Shown piece after piece: positions 60,701 through 64,000 of a stretch of 64,000 bases of DNA (positions within the stretch are counted from its first letter, which is position 1; the number at the start of each line of letters is the position of its first letter). Source of the DNA: Giardia intestinalis (Eukaryota); NCBI GenBank assembly GCA_000002435.2, contig CM018793.1. One strand, given 5' to 3'. The position numbers and the translations under genes were made by a program. A model generated the notes under the pieces. It was given only the letters and a program-made list of their open reading frames with translations, had not been told where the DNA came from and searched no databases.

Positions 60701-61520
60701 GAGTCAACATGCTCACGGTGGAATGAAGATAGGTGGCGCCACATTTGATCCAATGAACCCTCTCGGCCTTCCGAAGTATTACGATGCCAAGGTAATCCAA
60801 TTTCCCACGCACAAGGCGTTCTTCTCAAATGCGATATTCAATTTGCTGGGAGACTACGAAGGTTTGACAACGCGGATCGTCAAGAAGTTGGAAAAGGCAG
60901 ACATCTGGACTCCTGGAAAGTCGAATCCCGCCCGCGTCTCCTGTGATATCATCGAGGGGGAGATCTACACTGTTCTAGAGGCTGCACTAAATATCTTTGA
61001 GCATATGCTTGTATCTATTAATGGAAGTGAGGAAGCTTTGCGAGCCGATGACCACGAGGCTGGCTCTCCGTCTCCAGAATTCCCACCTGTGCCAGCTGGC
61101 TTTTCTGGCAGCGGCAGTCAGTCAGGGAGCAGATCCAACAGTCATCCAAGCCGTTCTGACAGCAACAGCCTGTACCAACAGATCGTGGAGCCGTCCAGGA
61201 TGGTTATACCCGGCTTTGGCTTTCCTCCAAGTGCTCGTGGACAGCCCAAGATCATACCGGAGGATCCTGCATCAGATGACGAAATACGAGAAGCCATACT
61301 AGAGCTGCAGAATGCTAACTATGAGGTGAAGGCCGTTGATGGTGTCGCAGACGCCGTAAATCATGGGGATTCGAATGCTACATCTCAGGCAGTGTACGAT
61401 ATACTTGCTGAGTTTGCGGGGGCTGAGGTTGGGGTTGATGCAGGTCACGAGCTAGTGGAGGGCGTCCCTGATGGGGAAGACCAGAGCGCAGAAAGCTTTC
61501 CCATCGACCAAATGTTCTAA
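57729..61520 (+). CDS. Hypothetical protein (1263 aa). The N-terminal half is S/P/T-rich and low in complexity. The C-terminal half looks globular.
   Basis: Long ORF with a verified ATG. No family assigned. Confidence 0.8.
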   Translation: MEDLAPPPAFDLSELSVTEVDIAAEIAKEMQNRSRSTGHDADSTEIDAMIQRSRDLIAMFEKQVSKDEAAQLPPKQPGSASGALTKEIGTDQEPMLNVDTVSVGAADTEISDVQTVIKMSALPASSAESRTTTQPSSASSTPQTSQTPISGDKKTSSKSNSRLPILTDADVFAAQNQFPPTSCLQNAVLTAELVSRSSEAALEEIHSAGSRTKIKIPTPNLPLQALPQQDALPKQPSPAGRLPAPGFLAAPTAAGDSHPTVFSAEPNISASIASSLTSSTRLSLNSSLRTIPVGASSLPPVVANLPGQTNVPAHVEEHILEPPPMFNDDSSDALPGALSDSVHSDSLAPMKMEAPPPKPTAMMGIQPSLHSIPSTDHLNYDVEDEEALVKVIRISGGLTEQSGQSARLAGSLGTSSRLRLESMVLAPSAKHSLPPPSQTSSAAERETRTLTLEEKIDAQIANLERSRQNVVLTREDLASNIITGRSPPRSTHGIDPHQGYDHSSSANNALVTEGATGSFTKTINETIEQLIKSSSKPECTPTRPLSTSSMALGMPQSTSVPTVQLTRSSLHSRSQGKLEQMDAGTPLIDSAINAVHSAMSPSSNKKLNRPEERMKDKEQPTTRFFSAKELATIQKLPQLMPSDQIRFMRVLQQISGNHTPQASSASRSGATGIHASSEYPPELTFEFVEGTGDLVVKVVQLLKQSNRKVYLPGTVFEGLVEDSYRIMIPAYLIPPRLSLTNRYSAKLLEWRQSKKIADEKVHSNKVASYTKSLLPSQKSLNWLVSFVDNVFRARHVYLEREAEKCLDNNLDVFEPQNFSDFIDSYIKGRLGNVHRASVLRVELEDAIRRYYFVSAHARLLHLFWETIHEDTDRTNGYEEQDPSPISPSSVLDTDLNTLDTMPRVSLRACNKNFSGGQVRESMIPQRKLNYTNQCSAFLLNLRQACSTICVDRRIVIPEHLRKRAETQLIQKGFGKEVFATAGVTKRHTASASQHAHGGMKIGGATFDPMNPLGLPKYYDAKVIQFPTHKAFFSNAIFNLLGDYEGLTTRIVKKLEKADIWTPGKSNPARVSCDIIEGEIYTVLEAALNIFEHMLVSINGSEEALRADDHEAGSPSPEFPPVPAGFSGSGSQSGSRSNSHPSRSDSNSLYQQIVEPSRMVIPGFGFPPSARGQPKIIPEDPASDDEIREAILELQNANYEVKAVDGVADAVNHGDSNATSQAVYDILAEFAGAEVGVDAGHELVEGVPDGEDQSAESFPIDQMF

Positions 61521-61542
61521 TGCATGCAGCGGCGGGCTCAGT

Positions 61543-61887
61543 TTACTTCTTGTTGCTTTCGTAAGTATCTGTTGCAAACTTGAGAGCTTCCTTGGCCGCT
61601 TCTAGCTCTTTTTCAGGAGGAGTCGGAAGGGCTTCTGCCTCTTTAAGCACGGCCTCCATGGCCTTTATCTGTTTCTGCAGGCGTGCAAGATTGGCAGGAA
61701 TGGACTCCTCCACATCCTTTATGACATTTGTTTGAATATTAAGGCGACCTTCTTCTGCGCCTTCTGACTTCATTTTCTCGAGGCGGGCGCGCTCACACTG
61801 CAGCTCCTTTGCGTCAGCTAGCACGTCTTTCGCCAGCCTCTTTGTAATGCTGGCCTCTTTTGTCAATTTCTTGGCAATCTCAGTCAT
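61543..61887 (-). CDS. Tubulin-folding cofactor A (TBCA)-like small coiled-coil protein
   Basis: 114 aa. The stretch ITKRLAKDVLADAKELQCERARLEKMKSEGAE...IPANLARLQKQIKAMEAVLKE follows the TBCA pattern (V.RL.KE..yY.KE..qqe.ki.KM.aE...). The size matches. ATG verified. Confidence 0.55.
   Translation of the reverse strand: MTEIAKKLTKEASITKRLAKDVLADAKELQCERARLEKMKSEGAEEGRLNIQTNVIKDVEESIPANLARLQKQIKAMEAVLKEAEALPTPPEKELEAAKEALKFATDTYESNKK
61603..61629. repeat. 27-bp direct repeat copy 1 (TAGCTCTTTTTCAGGAGGAGTCGGAAG). The second copy is at 61979-62005.
   Basis: I saw it directly. There is one mismatch (G/A). Copy 1 lies inside the TBCA-like CDS. Copy 2 spans the stop codon of the neighbouring coiled-coil gene. 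Confidence 0.7.
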
Positions 61888-61998
61888 TAGAATTTATTTT
61901 TACCGAGTAAAAGGTGCGATATGTATTAAGAGCTTTACTAGAGAGGTGCATTCACTGAGAAGATCGCTTACAAGGCCCTAGCTCTTTTTCAGGAGGAG

Positions 61999-62406
61999 TC
62001 AGAAGCAACCCCGCTTTTTGCCACTCTGTAGCTTTTGCTTCAAGAGCTCAATCTGATGGTCCCTTTCGGCTAATTGCTTGGTCATATTGCCCAGATTCTC
62101 GCGCAATACACCGACGTCCTCTGCATTAGCCAGGGTTTGTTGCCGTCTTCTGAGAGATCCCACCTCTTGCTGAAGGTTAGTGATGTACTGTCTAATGGGC
62201 TGGTTAAGGCCTTCGAGAGACGGAGGCGACAGACTGTTGCTTATGGTTCGCATGGCCTCGTTCAAACAGGCAACTAGGATTGTCGTCTCTTCAGCCGTAC
62301 TTCCAGATTCTGCACGGAGCTGTTCTATAATCTTCCGATTCTCAAGAACCTCTTGCCTGAGTGCCTCTTCGGTCATCGTGGTCAACTCGGTGCTTTCCCT
62401 GAACAT
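61999..62406 (-). CDS. Small coiled-coil protein (135 aa from first ATG), hypothetical
   Basis: The ORF-track start is a GTG, and the first ATG is 62406. The protein is heptad-rich and basic at the C-terminus. Confidence 0.5.
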   Translation of the reverse strand: MFRESTELTTMTEEALRQEVLENRKIIEQLRAESGSTAEETTILVACLNEAMRTISNSLSPPSLEGLNQPIRQYITNLQQEVGSLRRRQQTLANAEDVGVLRENLGNMTKQLAERDHQIELLKQKLQSGKKRGCF

Positions 62407-62510
62407 ATGTTTTTTTGAGATTTTAAGCACTGTGCAGGGAATTAAGCCTCCAAAAATAAAGAGGCGGTGACGAAGATTACGATCAATCTTGGATGGATGA
62501 TTCCTTATTA

Positions 62511-63200
62511 CTATATAAAGTCGTCAAAGAGCGCCTGCGGATTGTTTTTAGTCCCAGTTAAACAAACATCTTTGTTCGTGTAATTGGTGCAATCCCATGT
62601 TACAGTGTAATCACGAGCCTGCTTTTCGCGTCGCTTATCCGCCTCAATTTCCCTGTTTTCCTTTTCAATCAACTTCTCGACCGCCCTCATTTGCTTTCGC
62701 AGCCATCGCTCGTGCATATCTCGCTCATTCATGAGGTTGGTCTCTTTGTCTGCAACTTTGGTTTTCTCTAACGCCTTCAACATGTCCTTGTTCTTTTCCT
62801 TGACGTGATATCGCTTTACGAGCTTATCTTTTACGAATCCAACGGTCCCTGTCTCCATGGTTCCGTCCTTTCTCAAGTTTTCTGCAGGAGTATAGATGAT
62901 AGTGAGATTGTCCAACTTACACCCTTCTATGCTATTCTCCTTTGTAAGTTGCGCGACTTCCTCAAGTAGATCCGCCGGGATATCCGGGAATTTCCATTTC
63001 TCGTCACAGTCGTGGTTATGCAGGGCAAGAGGATCAACGACTGGCGGCCTCAGGTATACATGTGCTGACGAATGCTTATCAACATGGAACCAGATGTCGC
63101 CATTCCAAGCGTATTTGATAAGGTCCTCGTTCTCATACTTATCAAAGCCAATATAGATGGACACGTCTGGATGGCTCAGTGATTTGAAGCGGAAGGGCAT
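62511..63200 (-). CDS. CCDC25 homolog (NFACT-R / DUF814 domain)
   Basis: [36 protein letters not shown]...[24 protein letters not shown] aligns closely with human CCDC25 ([36 protein letters not shown]...[24 protein letters not shown]). The ORF-track start is a TTG. The first ATG is 63200 (MPFRFKSL...), and its upstream region is AT-rich. Confidence 0.8.
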   Translation of the reverse strand: MPFRFKSLSHPDVSIYIGFDKYENEDLIKYAWNGDIWFHVDKHSSAHVYLRPPVVDPLALHNHDCDEKWKFPDIPADLLEEVAQLTKENSIEGCKLDNLTIIYTPAENLRKDGTMETGTVGFVKDKLVKRYHVKEKNKDMLKALEKTKVADKETNLMNERDMHERWLRKQMRAVEKLIEKENREIEADKRREKQARDYTVTWDCTNYTNKDVCLTGTKNNPQALFDDFI

Positions 63201-63350
63201 TGTAGACTTTTTTTGAATTTTCTCAATGCCGTAAAGGACACGATGCACGGTCAGTTCTTTGCGAAAGATACAACTTATCAAAGGCTGTGGGAAATTGGAA
63301 GTAATACTTTTCACATACCTAATTATAGGGACAATCAAGTTAGAAAAAAA

Positions 63351-64000
63351 ATGGCTAATATAGTTCAGTTAGCCAAGCAACACCGAGCTATGGCCATTGA
63401 ATACGAAGAGAGGGGAGTATTTGTTGGAGCCATCCGCTCATATAAGCTCGCTGCGGAGGGCTTTCTGAAAGCCGCGATGTTCTACGAGGACAAAGTCTGG
63501 AGCGATATGTACAAGAAGCAGGCCATGGATATCATAACTCGTTTAGATCAGATACACGATGCTCAGGCCAAGGGTTTGCTACGACCCCCAAAGTCACCAA
63601 TTAGCGCCAATAAGAACGATGTGAGACAAGGTGCCCCTAGCAAGGAAAGTAAGGCGAGCGACCCTCTCAGTGCTGCTATTTCTAATGCAATCGTTCGTAT
63701 GAAGCCTGACGTCAAGTGGGACGATGTTGTGGGCCTGGAAAAAGCGAAGGAAGCTCTCAAAGAGGCCGTTATTCTTCCAATGATGTTTCCCCAGCTCTTC
63801 CAAGGCAAGCGCGAGCCGTGGCGCGGGATCCTCCTGTACGGATGCCCCGGCACCGGCAAGTCGTTCCTCGCGAAGGCGGTCGCTGCAGAGTGTGACGCCA
63901 CCTTCTTCTCTGTCTCGAGCTCGGACCTGGTGTCGAAGTACGTCGGCGAGTCTGCCCGCCTCATCAAGGCCCTCTTCGAGCTGGCCCGCGCAGAGAAGCA
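63351..64000 (+). CDS. VPS4: VPS4 (ESCRT-III AAA-ATPase). Only the N-terminal MIT domain and the start of the AAA domain are here. It is truncated at the window end.
   Basis: The ATG at 63351 is preceded by GTTAGAAAAAAAA. There is a MIT-like N-terminus, then [83 protein letters not shown]. Compare VPS4: [78 protein letters not shown]. It is open to the end of the window and is not in the ORF track. Confidence 0.85.
   Translation, partial: MANIVQLAKQHRAMAIEYEERGVFVGAIRSYKLAAEGFLKAAMFYEDKVWSDMYKKQAMDIITRLDQIHDAQAKGLLRPPKSPISANKNDVRQGAPSKESKASDPLSAAISNAIVRMKPDVKWDDVVGLEKAKEALKEAVILPMMFPQLFQGKREPWRGILLYGCPGTGKSFLAKAVAAECDATFFSVSSSDLVSKYVGESARLIKALFELARAEK

Noticed and set aside
1-64000. CRISPR arrays, prokaryotic operon structure, phage or defence-island features
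   Set aside because: No regularly spaced direct repeats were seen anywhere. The sequence is eukaryotic (Giardia), so prokaryotic defence-system models do not apply.

Overview
This window is almost certainly nuclear DNA from Giardia intestinalis (lamblia) or a very close relative. The sequence shows four things that point that way. First, two complete cysteine-rich CXXC-repeat surface proteins end in the diagnostic ...[11 protein letters not shown](L/V)CRGKA tail, each followed immediately by ACTTAGGTAGT(A/G)AA(C/T). This is the variant-specific surface protein (VSP) 3' signature, which embeds the Giardia AGTRAA poly(A) signal. Second, there are 'protein 21.1'-type ankyrin repeat proteins and several NEK-like kinases, two of them catalytically dead. 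Third, the genes are intron-less and tightly packed, with very short AT-rich stretches directly abutting the ATG codons. Fourth, there is a salvage-type deoxynucleoside kinase. I annotate about 30 protein-coding genes. Two are truncated at the window edges: a hypothetical protein on the minus strand at 1..1175 and VPS4 on the plus strand at 63351..64000. Neither is in the supplied ORF track, because both run off the window. Products I could recognise: deoxynucleoside kinase, an ERCC4 (Mus81/XPF-type) nuclease, a small EF-hand protein, an LRR and coiled-coil protein, 2 VSPs plus 2 VSP relics, ankyrin 21.1, an SRR1-like protein, a NEK pseudokinase, a pseudokinase-ankyrin-RING fusion, ribosomal protein S12, an R2R3 Myb factor, a tandem pair of diverged EF-hand paralogs (968 and 1123 aa), an RNF5-like membrane RING E3, a Cys-rich type I membrane protein, an active NEK kinase, tubulin cofactor A, CCDC25 and VPS4. 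The ORF track accepts TTG and GTG as start codons, so I moved several gene starts to the first in-frame ATG. The most interesting structure is the VSP locus at 12.1-18.5 kb. It holds a tail-to-tail VSP pair separated by a GC-rich 1.6 kb spacer. The spacer is bracketed by a roughly 650-bp inverted repeat, and each repeat arm contains the conserved VSP 3' coding end plus its downstream flank. A truncated VSP C-terminus lies directly behind VSP1, and an orphan 'CRGKV-stop + ATTTAGGTAGTAAAT' relic lies beyond the 5' end of VSP2. The second unusual region is a 6.4 kb stretch at 5.7-12.1 kb with no credible genes. It is compositionally patchy and dense in stop codons, which is atypical for this compact genome. 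I also see a cluster of CTACAG (Giardia Myb2-type) motifs in the 1.2 kb region upstream of the Myb gene.
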